The translations under genes were made by a program, and so were the position numbers. Below, piece after piece: positions 24,590 through 36,911 of a DNA stretch of 64,000 nucleotides. The first letter of the stretch is position 1. Every line of letters starts with the position of its first letter. The notes under the pieces were generated by a model. The model worked only from the letters and a program-made list of their open reading frames with translations. It made no database searches and was not told the DNA's origin. Source of the stretch: Laetmonice hystrix (Eukaryota); NCBI GenBank assembly GCA_965235115.1, contig OZ249436.1, positions 4,900,001 to 4,964,000 on the forward strand, given 5' to 3'.

Positions 24590-25786
24590 TTAACACGCTC
24601 CGTACGGTGCTGCCGCTGCGCTCATGACGTCAGAGCTGCGTTCTTGCTGCGCAGTGAGCGCAGTATGATCGTATAGGACGTGGTAGCAATGCCATACGAC
24701 GTGGTAGGGACGGCCTAAATTGTCCGAGAATTGCATTTTTCCACGTTGTGGCAGCAGGATGGGAGCGGCATTGCAGTCACACTTGGAGGGGTTTTCTGAT
24801 GTTGACGGCGACCAACGGCGATCTGCGAGGTCGCCGTGGTCGCCGTAAGGTCTTTATCCAGTGTGATGGGGGTCTTAGTGTGCATATTTGGAGTGGAATG
24901 CAGACATGCACTGAAACGCTCAACGTTTCTTTTGTGAGTTGCCGATTTCACGTTATGGTCTATGAGCACGGGAGAGGTCCACCTCAATGTTTTATGTAAC
25001 TTAAATGTTTTATGTAACTCAAATGTTTTATGTAACTTAAATGTTTTATGTACCGAGGTATTGACGTGGTCGTGACAAAGGCTTACTCCAATGTCCTTTT
25101 TCTCCTCCCGTTTTTATTTTATTTTATTTTATCTTTTTTACGTGAGAAATCCGATCTTATTGCGAGTAGCTTGATAAATAACATGGGTTGCATTCACACG
25201 CTGTCGTTAGCTTTTCGTGGCAGAGTACTTTAGCTTGAGATTTTAACGCAAGGCAGGATAACAAAGTTGGTAGAACGCACTCCATGATCCTTTGGCAACA
25301 TCCATTTCGTAACTAATGATTGGACATGGGGTGAAAAGGTTAGATATGAAAAAGAAGGGCTGGCGTAGCTAACAACGGCGTATACTGTCGGAGATGACTC
25401 GACACTTTTTCCGTCACGACTCATGGATGACGTTTCCCCCGTAATCGTCTAGAACGGAGTGCATTAATCCATTCTAACTCCCGTTATAACTCCCGTTATA
25501 ACTCCCGTTATATAACCAAGACAGATTATGTGCTGCGTAACGAGCTCACGAGTCGTATATATAGAGTTCCGACTCGTAAATTTCTTCTGAACGGTATTAC
25601 AGGGTGCCTATAAAACGAAGACCTAAGACCTAAAAACGAAGACCCCCACTTTTTTGGTTATATCATCTTGTAGTGTCACTAAAGCTTGTCAAACTGCATT
25701 ATATTGCTGATAAGGCTAATTAATGTGAAAATAATCAGGGTCTTCGTTTTATAGTTTACCTCCCTTTATGCAGCGTTTGCCAGTCA

Positions 25787-25957
25787 CAGGGGCGAATCCA
25801 GGGGCCCTTTCTTTGAAAAAATGGCTTGCACCCATACAGCGCACAGTCCACCGCTCAGATCCCACGCGCCCCCTTCCACCCCACCCCACCCCCTTCCACC
25901 CCACCCCACCCCCTTCCACCCTACGCCCCCCTTTCCAAAATCATGAATCCGCCCCTG
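25787..25957. mobile_element. Non-autonomous TIR element (GGATCC family) with 5-bp TSD
   Basis: AGTCA|CAGGGGCGAATCCA...TGAATCCGCCCCTG|AGTCA. Confidence 0.82.
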
Positions 25958-26143
25958 AGTCAATCCCCATGGAAACATCGCCAAAAAATAAAGGGCTAAT
26001 AAGAATACCCCTCGGCAGAAACCTAATCCTAATCCAAAATAATGGTCCTCACGCCTCCCAAAAATAAACCCTAATCCTACTTCAAAATAATGGTCCTCAC
26101 GCCTCCCAAAAATAACCATTTTGTCGATTTCTGGTCTCCACAG

Positions 26144-26353
26144 TATGGCCACCTTGCCCTGAGTGACCACGGCTCAGGGTTTAACGGTTGTTACGCCAGT
26201 CACATTGTGTTGAGCCCGGGTACAGCGGTGTTCGCCGTGCCCGACCACGTGACTGACCGAGTGGCTGCTCCCATCAACTGCTCCCTGGCGACCATGGTGA
26301 ACGCAGTCAGCGCCATCCCGAACAACAACAGCTACAGGAGGGCAGTCGTTCAG
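26144..26353 (+). CDS. Zn-dependent ADH exon 3
   Basis: ccacag|TAT...CAG|gtgggt; YGHLALSDHGSGFNGCYASHIVLSPGTAVFAVPDHVTDRVAAPINCSLATMVNAV...RAVVQ. Confidence 0.94.
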
Positions 26354-26816
26354 GTGGGTAAATCAACCACCCCCGGGTGGAGTTAGGCGGGGGACATGGA
26401 GGCTACACAGGGCCTCTACAGAAAGTTTTCACCTCCTGGAGTTAAAGTCACCCCTGAGAAAATGTGAAACACTACAATATATGTACATGATGACATATAC
26501 CCCACCCTAGATATCCTGGGAAGGCCATAGTCATAGATCACCTGGGGGGACGCCGACCATGGCTCCTGTAGACCTACGTGATACTGAAATCTACCTGTAC
26601 AGTAACACACAGCAGTTACTCTAGCTGAGTGTAGCCTACAGTACACCGCTGCGGTCTAGTTACAGTACTGTCGGTGTAGGCGTAAATCAACAAAGGCATA
26701 CATCTCATTCAGTGATACGTCTTTCACAGAAATATTATTTATCTATTAAAACAGCATACCGTTTCCAGCATATATCTTTAAGCGTGGGCACATTATATGA
26801 CATTATCCAAATAAAA

Positions 26817-27030
26817 CATCAAGGTGCATCTTTACCGATGGTGTTGGTCCATCGATCACAAGGATAGTGAGAATTATTAACTTTCTCATCAATGGTCTAA
26901 TTATTGGTCGGTTTGGCGTAGGTCATCAAGGTGCATCTTTACCGATGGTGTTGGTCCATCGATCACAAGGATAGTGAGAATTATTGACTTTCTCATCAAT
27001 GGTTTAATTATTGGCCGGTTTGGCGTAGGT
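26817..27030. repeat. 107-bp direct tandem duplication
   Basis: CATCAAGGTGCATCTTTACCGATGG...GGCGTAGGT occurs twice (starts 26817 and 26924) with few substitutions. Confidence 0.9.
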
Positions 27031-27433
27031 CTGTTCCAGTCATGTCTCCACCTCCCTGACAATATTCTTGAGGTCAGTTCGTAATAAAAGTCACACGACA
27101 GGTTGTCTCCCGCTTCAAATTATATTCTCTTTTGACCTGCGGACATCTGTGGTACTAAATTTTGCTGTCCGTTTTGCCGTCCGTTTTCGAAACAGAAATC
27201 GTAATGATCCAAGCCCGTAGCCAGGGGGGATCGTGGGGATCGGCCGATCCGCCCCGCCAGACCCAAAAGTTCCCTTAAGTTAAGATGCAGGGATGGGTCA
27301 AAAATGCCGTGGCCCTCTGGCGGTAATTGCGTCAACTGTGAGGCACAAAACAGCGCAAAATGTTTCAAATTGCAAGTGTACAACCGCGGTCTCCTGTGAA
27401 ACCTGCCCCTGTAGTTCCCTTTATTGCTGACAG

Positions 27434-27566
27434 GGGGCGGGCATGCTCGGACTGTACGGCTGCGCTTTGCTCAGCAAGCGAGGATTCAGCAAGGTATGGT
27501 GTATGGATACTAACAGAGATCGCCTTCTTCTCGTACCGAGGTTTGGGGGACAACCGCTCAACTTCC
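27434..27566 (+). CDS. Zn-dependent ADH exon 4 (Rossmann fold)
   Basis: gacag|GGG GCG GGC ATG CTC GGA...TTC C|gtaagg; GAGMLGLYGCALLSKRGFSKVWCMDTNRDRL (GxGxxG; Asp suggests NAD preference). Confidence 0.92.
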
Positions 27567-28080
27567 GTAAGGTTCATTGTTTTAAATATTTATCAATGTA
27601 AGAAAAGAAAAGTGTAAAATATTCGTGTGTACAATAGTAGGCATGTAGTTGTTGGAACTTAAAGGAATTGTTAAGTAACTCAATTAGGAATGAACGTTTC
27701 TGAAATGTTTTTGGAACGTTCTGTGTATGAATAAAACCTTGTCATGGCGTTATGTGTAGCCCGGGAGTGGAGCCGTGTCACCCACATTGTTATATAATAA
27801 TCTGGTCACCTGAATTGCTCAACTTGACATGGAGAAACGAAAACAAGATTTGCTCCACACCCTTCGACCCATTCACTGCTATATTGAAGAGGGTGTTCAG
27901 GGGTAAGACCCTCCACCCCCTTGGCGCATTGGCAAAAAATTTTTCTTTTCCCCCATAAAACTTTCTGAATTAATCATGCTGAACCCCACTCCTTTATCAA
28001 ATTTTACCCCCCCCCCCAAAAAAAAAAAAAAAAAAATCTGGATCCACTCCTAAATTATATGTAGTCTAATTATGACCCAG

Positions 28081-28284
28081 GCTCGCACCACCCGCACAGT
28101 GACGGACCAGAGCCCGACTCCATCGATGTCGTCATCGAAGTATGTGGGTCAAACTCCGTCGTCAAAGACGGCGTGTCCTTCCTGAGGCCGGGCGGTATGT
28201 ATATCTTTGTGGGAATGGTTCATCCCGACTCGAGTCTGGACCTGACCGGGGAACAACTCATCAGGAAGTGTCTCACAGTCAAAG
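28081..28284 (+). CDS. Zn-dependent ADH exon 5
   Basis: ...IDVVIEVCGSNSVVKDGVSFLRPGGMYIFVGMVHPDSSLDLTGEQLIRKCLTVK G|gtagga. The acceptor is uncertain: 28081 and 28111 both fit phase 1. Confidence 0.88.
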
Positions 28285-28357
28285 GTAGGAGAACTCATGT
28301 GTCCTGAGGTCATATCACGATCAAATTAACAAGGCTTTGTCCCTCTCGACACATATA

Positions 28358-28648
28358 TCGGGTGGGCCAAAAAAACTGGTGTCACGTCATTCAGATACAG
28401 TAGCACCAACCCTGCCTAAGACATGCGGTACTACGTTAACTGCCCTGATCCGGTATTGTAATGTTTGTAAATGCAGTTTTTAAAAAATGGCATTTTTTTT
28501 TAGACGTTTGGCACTTATTTATCTGTAATTTGTACCACAGGCCCCAAATAACCAGATGATAATATGTGCAAAATATTATGACATTGGGATAGAAATTGTA
28601 GAAGTTATAGTCAAGAAAAGAGTGTCCCCGTTTTTTTGGTCCACCCGA
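28358..28648. mobile_element. Tc1/mariner-like MITE with TA TSD
   Basis: TA|TCGGGTGGGCCAAAAAAAC...GTTTTTTTGGTCCACCCGA|TA. Confidence 0.78.
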
Positions 28649-28833
28649 TATAAACTTGGGGTTGTTCCTCGCCTTTTGTATTAAAAGTAAATGGCATGAA
28701 ACAGTTTTCGTTTTCGTTTTAATTGCGCATTTTCTAGTAAGTTTTAGATCCAGATGCATCATCTTCAGAGGATGAAATACCGAACAATTAAATGTTTCTT
28801 TTTGTTACAGTTTTGTATTGTTCTTCTCTTCAG

Positions 28834-29009
28834 GTATCCATAACTATAGGCCTTGCCACCTGAAGCAGGCCGTAGAGTTCGTATCGAAGACTTGTTCCCA
28901 GTATCCGTATGACTCGTTGTTGAGTCCCGAGAACGCACTGAGAAATCTTCCAGCAGCTGTTGAGCTCGCCCGGAGACATCAGTACCCTAGAGTGGCCATT
29001 CGACCGTAA
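28834..29009 (+). CDS. Zn-dependent ADH exon 6 (terminal)
   Basis: cttcag|GT ATC CAT AAC TAT; GIHNYRPCHLKQAVEFV...LPAAVELARRHQYPRVAIRP*. Spliced CDS totals 1065 nt (354 aa). Confidence 0.93.
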
Positions 29010-32000
29010 CATCGGTACCCCAGAGTGGCCATTCGACCGTAACAGTAATACCCCAGAGTGGCCATTCGACCGTAACATCGGTACCCCAGAGTGATCATTC
29101 GACCGTAACATCAGTACCCCGGAGTGGCCATTCGACCGTAACATCAGTACCCCGGAGTGGCCATTCGACCGTAACATCAGTACCCCAGAGTGGCCATTCG
29201 ACCGTAACATCAGTACCCCAGAGTGATCATTCGACCGTAACATCAGTACCCCAGAGTGGCCTTTCGACCGTAACATCAGTACCCCAGAGTGATCATTCGA
29301 CCGTAACATCAGTACCCCAGAGTGGCCTTTCGACCGTAACATCAGTACCCCAGAGTGATCATTCGACCATAACATCAGTACCCCAGAGTGGCCATTCGAC
29401 TGTAACATCAGTACCCCAGAGTGGCCGTTCGACCGTAACATCAGGACCCCAGAGTGGCCATTCGACCGTAACATCAGTACCCCAGAGTGGCCATTCGACC
29501 GTAACATCAAGACCCCAGAGTGGCCATTCGACCGTAACATCAGTACCCCAGAGTGGCCTTTCGACCGTAACATCAGTACCCCAGAGTGATCATTCGACCA
29601 TAACATCAGTACCCCAGAGTGGCCATTCGACTGTAACATCAGTACCCCAGAGTAATCATTCGACCGTAACATCAGTACCCCAGAGTGGCCATTCGACCGT
29701 AACATCAGTACCCCAGAGTGGCCGTTCGACCATAACATCAAGACCCCAGAGTGGCCATTCGACCGTAACATCAGTACCCCAGAGTGATCATTCGACCGTA
29801 ACATCAGTACCCCAGAGTGGCCTTTCGACCGTAACATCAGTACCCCAGAGTGATCATTCGACCGTAACATCAGTACCCCAGAGTGGCCTTTCGACCGTAA
29901 CATCAGTACCCCAGAGTGATCATTCGACCATAACATCAGTACCCCAGAGTGGCCATTCGACTGTAACATCAGTACCCCAGAGTAATCATTCGACCGTAAC
30001 ATCAGTACCCCAGAGTGGCCATTCGACCGTAACATCAGTACCCCAGAGTGGCCGTTCGACCATAACATCAGTACCCCAGAGTGGCCTTTCGACCGTAACA
30101 TCAGTACCCCAGAGTGATCATTCGACCATAACATCAATACCCTGGAGTGGCCATTCGACTGTAACATCAGTACCCCAGAGTGGCCGTTCGACCGTAACAT
30201 CAGTACCCTAGAGTGGCCATTCGACCGTAACATCAAGACCCCAGAGTGGCCATTCGACCGTAACATCAGTACCCCAGAGTGGCCATTCGACCGTAACATC
30301 AAGACCCCAGAGTGGCCATTCGACCGTAACATCAGTACCCCAGAGTGGCCGTTCGACTGTAACATCAGTACCCCAGAGTGGCCATTCGACCGTAACATCA
30401 GTACCCCAGACTGGCCATTCGACCGTAACATCAGTACCCCAGAGTGGCCGTTCGACCATAACATCAAGACCCCAGAGTGGCCATTTGACCGTAACATCAG
30501 TACCCCAGAGTGGCCATTTGACCGTAACATCAGTACCCCGGAGTGGCCATTTGACCGTAACATCAGTACCCCAGAGTGGCCGTTCGACGGTAACATCAGT
30601 ACCCCAGAGTGGCCATTCGACCATAACATCAGTACCCCAGAGTGGCCATTCAACTGTAACATCAGTACCCCAGAGTGGCCGTTTGACCGTAACATCAGGA
30701 CCCCAGAGTGGCCATTCGACCATAACATCAGTACCCCAGAGTGGCCATTCAACTGTAACATCAGTACCCCAGAGTGGCCGTTTGACCGTAACATCAGTAC
30801 CCCAGAGTGGCCGTTTGACCGTAACATCAAGACCCCAGAGTGGCCATTCGACCGTAACATCAGTACCCTAGAGTGGCCATTTGACCGTAACATCAGTACC
30901 CCAGAGTGGCCATTCGACCATAACATCAAGACCCCAGAGTGGCCATTTGACCGTAACATCAGGACCCCAGAGTGGCCATTTGACCATAACATCAGTACCC
31001 CAGAGTGGCCATTTGACCGTAACATCAGTACCCCAGAGTGGCCATTCGACCGTAACATCAGTACCCCAGAGTGGCCATTCGACCGTAACATCAGTACCCC
31101 AGAGTGGCCATTCGACCGTAACATCAGTACCCCAGAGTGGCCATTCGACCGTAACATCAGTACCCCAGAGTGGCCATTCGACCGTAACATCAGTACCCCA
31201 GAGTGGCCATTCGACCGTAACATCAGTACCCCAGAGTGGCCATTCGACCGTAACATCAATACCCTGGAGTGGCCATTTGATCGTAACATCAAGACCCCAG
31301 AGTGGCCGTTCGACCGTAACATCAGTACCCCAGAGTGGCCGTTCGACCATAACATCAGTACCCCAGAGTGGCCATTCGACCGTAACATCAGTACCCCAGA
31401 GTGGCCATTTGATCGTAACATCAAGACCCCAGAGTGGCCGTTCGACCGTAACATCAGTACCCCAGAGTGGCCATTCGACCGTAACATCAGTACCCCAGAG
31501 TGGCCATTCGACCGTAACATCAGTACCCCAGAGTGGCCATTCGACCGTAACATCAGTACCCCAGAGTGGCCATTCGACCGTAACATCAATACCCTGGAGT
31601 GGCCATTTGATCGTAACATCAAGACCCCAGAGTGGCCATTTGACCGTAACATCAGTACCCTAGAGTGGCCATTCGACCATAACATCAGTACCCCAGAGTG
31701 GCCGTTCGACCGTAGCATCAAAACCCCAGAGTGGCCATTCGACCGTAACATCAGTACCCCAGAGTGGCCATTTGACTGTAACATCAGGACCCCAGAGTGG
31801 CCGTTCGACCGTAACATCAGGACCCCAGAGTGGCCATTTGACCGTAACATCAGGACCCCAGAGTGGCCATTCGACCGTAACATCAGTACCCCAGAGTGGC
31901 CGTTTGACCGTAACATCAGTACCCCGGAGTGGCCATTCGACCGTAACATCAGTACCCCAGAGTGGCCGTTCGACCGTAACATCAGGACCCCAGAGTGGCC

Positions 32001-32358
32001 ATTTGACCGTAACATCAGGACCCCAGAGTGGCCATTCGACCGTAACATCAGTACCCCAGAGTGGCCGTTTGACCGTAACATCAGTACCCCGGAGTGGCCA
32101 TTCGACCGTAACATCAGTACCCCAGAGTGGCCGTTCGACCGTAACATCAGTACCCCGGAGTGGCCATTTGACCGTAACATCAAGACCCCAGAGTGGCCGT
32201 TCGACCGTAACATCAGTACCCCAGAGTGGCCGTTCGACCGTAACATCAGTACCCCAGAGTGGCCGTTCGACCGTAACATTAGTACCCCAGGGTGACCATT
32301 CGACCGTAACATCAAGACCCCGGAGTGGCCGTTCGACCGTAACATCAGTACCCCAGAG
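28977..32358 (+). repeat. 33-bp minisatellite, ~102 copies, derived from the ADH C-terminus and stop codon
   Basis: Unit CATCAGTACCCCAGAGTGGCCATTCGACCGTAA; the first copy is the final 11 codons of the ADH. Confidence 0.97.
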
Positions 32359-34713
32359 ATTTACTTAGTCATTATGGTATCGGGGCCCGCTTATTGAAAG
32401 GGTACGGTCATGATTTAGATGATAAATTATATATTTAGTGTTTACATTTCTGAAGAAAAAGATGGCCTGTGATCGGAGGCCGCAATATTCGTAAAATATT
32501 TTTGCATTCCAGGTATGTGATAAGCCGATAATATTTTTACATTTTACTTGAATGCTTATTAGACGGTAGGTGTAAGAAAAGGACTGTGTTAGTCGTAGTA
32601 TTCAAATATAAATTTGGAGACATTTAGAGTATTACCACTCCAGGATGGTACATACGTAGCTATAAGACAAACAAAATACATTCCAGTGAATCGATAAAGA
32701 AGCATTATATGCAAACCGAACCCAAGGTGTCGTAGCAGTAGTGGAAATAAAGATGCGAAATATTAAGTTCAAAAGCTATATATCCAGAGCATAAATCCCT
32801 TTAGCTTGTGAACACCCCACCACAGCACTGCGGTTTGGTCAAGTCATGAACAGAGTATTTATTCGTCATTCACGTAGGCTTATACATTATGTATATTATT
32901 TGTGATATACGCTGTACTGTATTTTGTATTTAATGTGATATTCTAAGCTGTGGTAGAAGTTGATTTCTGTTGATAAATTCTGGGCACAAATAGAAGGTAT
33001 TAGAAAGCCTGACGACATTGTTGAAACCACGTCTGGGTTAGTGACTCTACGCATTTACGGGATAATCAGGAAATTATTAGCAAGACGAAACGAATCAAAA
33101 ATATGGGCAGGAGCAATATGTGATGAGGGCATTTATTAATGATGGCATTTATGTTGGAATTGTGCATACTGTGGTAATTTTATGAAGAAAAATTGTAGGA
33201 GTTCTGTATTCCTGTAATAATATCTATATTTTATAGGACATAGTTAATTTTATCTTCTCCTATACCAGCATGTGGTTAAATATGGTTAAGGCGTCGAAGT
33301 CGCACTAAAACTTAAAGGTCAAGTTCCACGGATGTCGATCGATTGTTATCTAAGAGGTCATTCGCTGTGTTTTGGTCACAGTGTGGTGGCTCACCAAAGC
33401 TGGAAAGATTCGTAGACTCTTACATTGTGCAGTATCGTAGAGAGCTAGGCAGTGATCCCGCACCAGGCCCACGCTATAGTAGGCTATAGTCACTTTATCG
33501 TTGTTCTGTATGTAAACATTTCCAACTAGTTCCATGAAATTCCATTCCTTGTTCATGTAGACCTATTTATTCATTTGATATACATGTACCAAGTAACTAT
33601 GGTTACTACATGGTTTGTCAGAGAGGCAATGGTATGGCCGACAGATGTTATATACCGACAAATATTCCGCGGGGGGGGGGGGGGGATCACAGGAATCTAC
33701 ACAGATAGTTTGGCGATCTGTCGTACAATTTTTTGTACTCTAGCAAAACGTTATGACCTGGCCATGTTGTTTAATGGCTGACTGGCTGGTTTATACGAAT
33801 TACCGTATACAATGCATCATGGGAACTCCCCGGAACCAAACGGGATTTTGTGATGAACTTATTGGACCAACCCCCACACATAGTGCACTAAGTACATTGA
33901 TTCTAGTACATGTATTCAGTGAAATACATTTATTGTTGAAAGTATTTGTTGTCTTAGTACAATGCAAGATTTGGACCAAGTTATGTGATGGCTAAGTGTG
34001 ACAACCAGTCTACTGCACACTCTGGGCCTCGTCGTCTTACAGGAATTATACGATTATATGATTCGAAATACTTCTCTACAAATGCCCAAGTGGTAGATGT
34101 GATTACTTTCAATGATACCTTTATGTTTATTAGCTATATGTCAAATAAAGATCAGAGTCAAATGTTAAAAGGTGTCCAGTTTATTGTCGCATGAATGTAC
34201 CACATGGCGCTACTGCATCGTATACTGACGCCCAGTGTTCTTGGAGTCCTATATGGTATCATTGAAACCATCATCGACTTTACAGAATCAGGGAACATCG
34301 CCTATATCCTCGCGTCAGGTGGTCCCTCCCCCCAATAAAAATCCATCTAAGCAGGCCCGGATTGATAGGAGGGACGGTATGGGTACACCGTGACCATTTC
34401 CAGAAACCCATTGTGTTGTAGACATTATGGCTATATACATACAGTATATTGATAGATCTATAGTCTTCTCTTCCACGTACATATTCTATAATATATCTTG
34501 TAACATATGAAACATTGAAGCTCTTGTTTCGTTTTTCAAGCTGTTAATAATTCTTTTAAAAACAAGAACACATAATATAATATCAGTCAAAAATGAGACG
34601 ACAAAAACTGATGGCGGGACCCACCGACAGGAGTTTCACACTGGGAGCCCCACCGGGCCCGCCCATGTCTAAAACTGTTCCTCTCTGGGCCCGCACATGT
34701 CTAAACCTGGTCC

Positions 34714-35339
34714 TCACTGGGCAGACCGATGACGGTCCATTGATATCCATCCACAGGTCAGGAGATGTTTAAAGGCCTGTCGGAATTTGGTGACGCGCGC
34801 GGCGTATATAAACGGGTTCACCCCCGAATTGACCGTCACCATGATGATGGTGAAGGTGTAGGCTTGTAGAAGTTTGGGATCGGTGTTGTAGCGGTCGGTT
34901 ACCAGCAGATAGATCAACGTGAAAACCCATGGCAACCAACAGAGCGCGCAGACACCGATGACGATAGCAAGCGTCTGTGCGACTCGGATGCTTTTTTTGA
35001 GACGTTGCGTCGACGTCACTTTCTCCTCACCAACCATCGTAGCGGCGATTTGACGTCGATGGCGAAGTGCAGTTCCGAACAGAACGACATAGTTTAAGGA
35101 TATAATGGAGAGAACTGTTAAAATAAGTATCATTATGAGCATTGAGTACGCCGGGGAAAAAATGATCGGAAGGTGGCACGGCACTCCAGGCTTCCAATCG
35201 TTGACACCAAGAGGAAAAACTGCCAGGAAGAAGGCGAAGCAATGGATGGCTAGTATTGCAAGAACCATACGTCTGTGGCTTACGATGTCTGTGTATCGGA
35301 GCGAATAACGAATTGACAACAGCCTATCGATTGATATAC
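34714..35339 (-). CDS. Class A (rhodopsin-like) GPCR, exon 3 (TM3 end to TM7)
   Basis: tttgcag|GT ATA TCA ATC GAT AGG CTG; ISIDRL, TM6 CWLP, TM7 NSGVNPFIY, helix 8 KFRQAFKHLLTC. Confidence 0.93.
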
Positions 35340-35441
35340 CTGCAAAGAGCGTGAAATGATATCAGATCATATTGCAATAAGATATTTACAAGTCTTGGCC
35401 TATTTAAAGGCGCTCGACCGAGCAAGAACAGAAATTGTCTG

Positions 35442-35593
35442 GGGGCCGTTTCACAAACATTATACGTGCCCATATTTCCTCGTATACGGCGTATTCCTCG
35501 GTAGAGCTACGTTTTTCGTTTTTTTTGGGGGGGGCCTCGTTTTTATTTTAGAGGGTATTCAGCTCTTAAGGATACGACCCCTTAAATGACCCC
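35442..35593. mobile_element. Short PIF/Harbinger-like MITE in GPCR intron
   Basis: CTG|GGGGCCGTTTCA...TTAAATGACCCC|CTG; imperfect TIR with a 3-bp direct repeat. Confidence 0.5.
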
Positions 35594-35722
35594 CTGGGCA
35601 CCACAGGCATTCTTCCTGTTTGTTAACATAATAACTACGATTGAAGCGTTATTGTTGGGTTAGTTGATAAAGATGCATTATCCAGCAGAATTTTCATACG
35701 TGGGACACCTAGGCTTACTTAC

Positions 35723-35900
35723 CTCCAAGTAGCAGTACGGAACATGTTGTGCTGTAAACGATGAAGGCATACTGCAGCATACAGGGCCAAAACTGTTTCA
35801 AGAGTTCTGGGTCGAAAATTGCCACGATTCGAAAGGTGGTCACCGCGCCGTATAAGAAATCGCAACCAGCGAGATTCGCGACGAGGATGTTTGTAACACT
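35723..35900 (-). CDS. Class A GPCR exon 2 (TM2-TM3)
   Basis: tttcag|AGT...GGA G|gtaagt; SVTNILVANLAGCDFLYG...WPCMLQYAFIVYSTTCSVLLLG (LAxxD motif, TM3 Cys). Confidence 0.93.
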
Positions 35901-36600
35901 CTGAAACGGGTTATAAAAAGCTATTCATTATCAGTGTAACAATGTCAGGCCTACTTCAATCACTGGCCATAATATTACATATACACTCTTCAGTAAAGAG
36001 CTGACCTGATGCAATTTTTGCCTGACCTTGGATTGGTTGCATGACCCTTTCCCGTTAAAGTCTCCATTCAAAATGCATTCAACGGTGAAGTGTAACAGGA
36101 AGGTCACTGGTGACTGGTTACAGTGGTACTTTGCACAGCGGTCGTTAGTCTGTCCTGCCTTTAAAATAATCTGCCTTTTAATACAGGACAGATAACCATT
36201 GGTTTGGGGCCACTTGCCTTAGCTTCCATTTGTTAAAATTCGAACGGCAAATACATATTAAACGTAACGAACGAAAAGAATACTATGAAAAGTGTCCGTT
36301 GACACCCGGTGTCGGTCTATTCAGGCCTTTTCAGGTCCAAATGGCTATATTTTTCCAGCAGGAGGTTTGTCAATTAGCAACTAAATTCTGCGATATATTT
36401 TCGCAGATATCGATAGGCATAGATCCGCAAAGGTCAGCATGACATTGCAGTGTTGCACGTTAAAAAAGCCCTTGCAAAAGAGTGTGGCGTGTCCCGGTGT
36501 CCAGGTTTCTCTCGTGCCATTCCTTACATCTCCTAGATGGACTAAATAAATGGAAATATTTGTATATGCAGATGACTGGCTGCCTGTTTTTGAGGCTTAC

Positions 36601-36786
36601 CTGCAGAGATTCGAACCTCCAGAAAGCAACCATAACGAGACCGTTCCCACAAAGGACGACGAACGAGACAGAGAAGTTAAGCAGGAATCCGCTCCATGGA
36701 AACGGTGTCAGTTCTGTCGTGTTGGGACTTATCGTGATCGGACTCTGGGAGCTCTCTGAACCCATCACCGGAGACAAGGTCGTCAT
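36601..36786 (-). CDS. Class A GPCR exon 1 (N-terminus, TM1)
   Basis: ATG at 36786; MTTLSPV...NTT...SFVVLCGNGLVMVAFWRFESLQ|gtaagc (N-glycosylation site, GNxLV motif). Confidence 0.88.
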
Positions 36787-36868
36787 CTTCAAGCTTTCGT
36801 CGTCTGAAGTAAAAGTTGTTTGTAGACCTGATTCACATTTTATATATTTCTAATTGACAGTTCCAGTG

Positions 36869-36911
36869 GCGCCACCTAGCACGGATAACTGTCCCGGACT
36901 GCGCATGCGCA
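36869..36911. promoter_or_regulatory. CTCF-like and NRF1-like motifs upstream of the GPCR
   Basis: GCGCCACCTAGC (36869-36880) and palindrome TGCGCATGCGCA (36900-36911); motif match only. Confidence 0.4.

Noticed and set aside
28830..32345. 1171-aa antisense ORF (MLRSNGHSGVL)n as a real protein gene
   Set aside because: The unit is a multiple of 3 and derives from the sense-strand ADH terminus. Few single changes create stops in this frame, so openness needs no selection.
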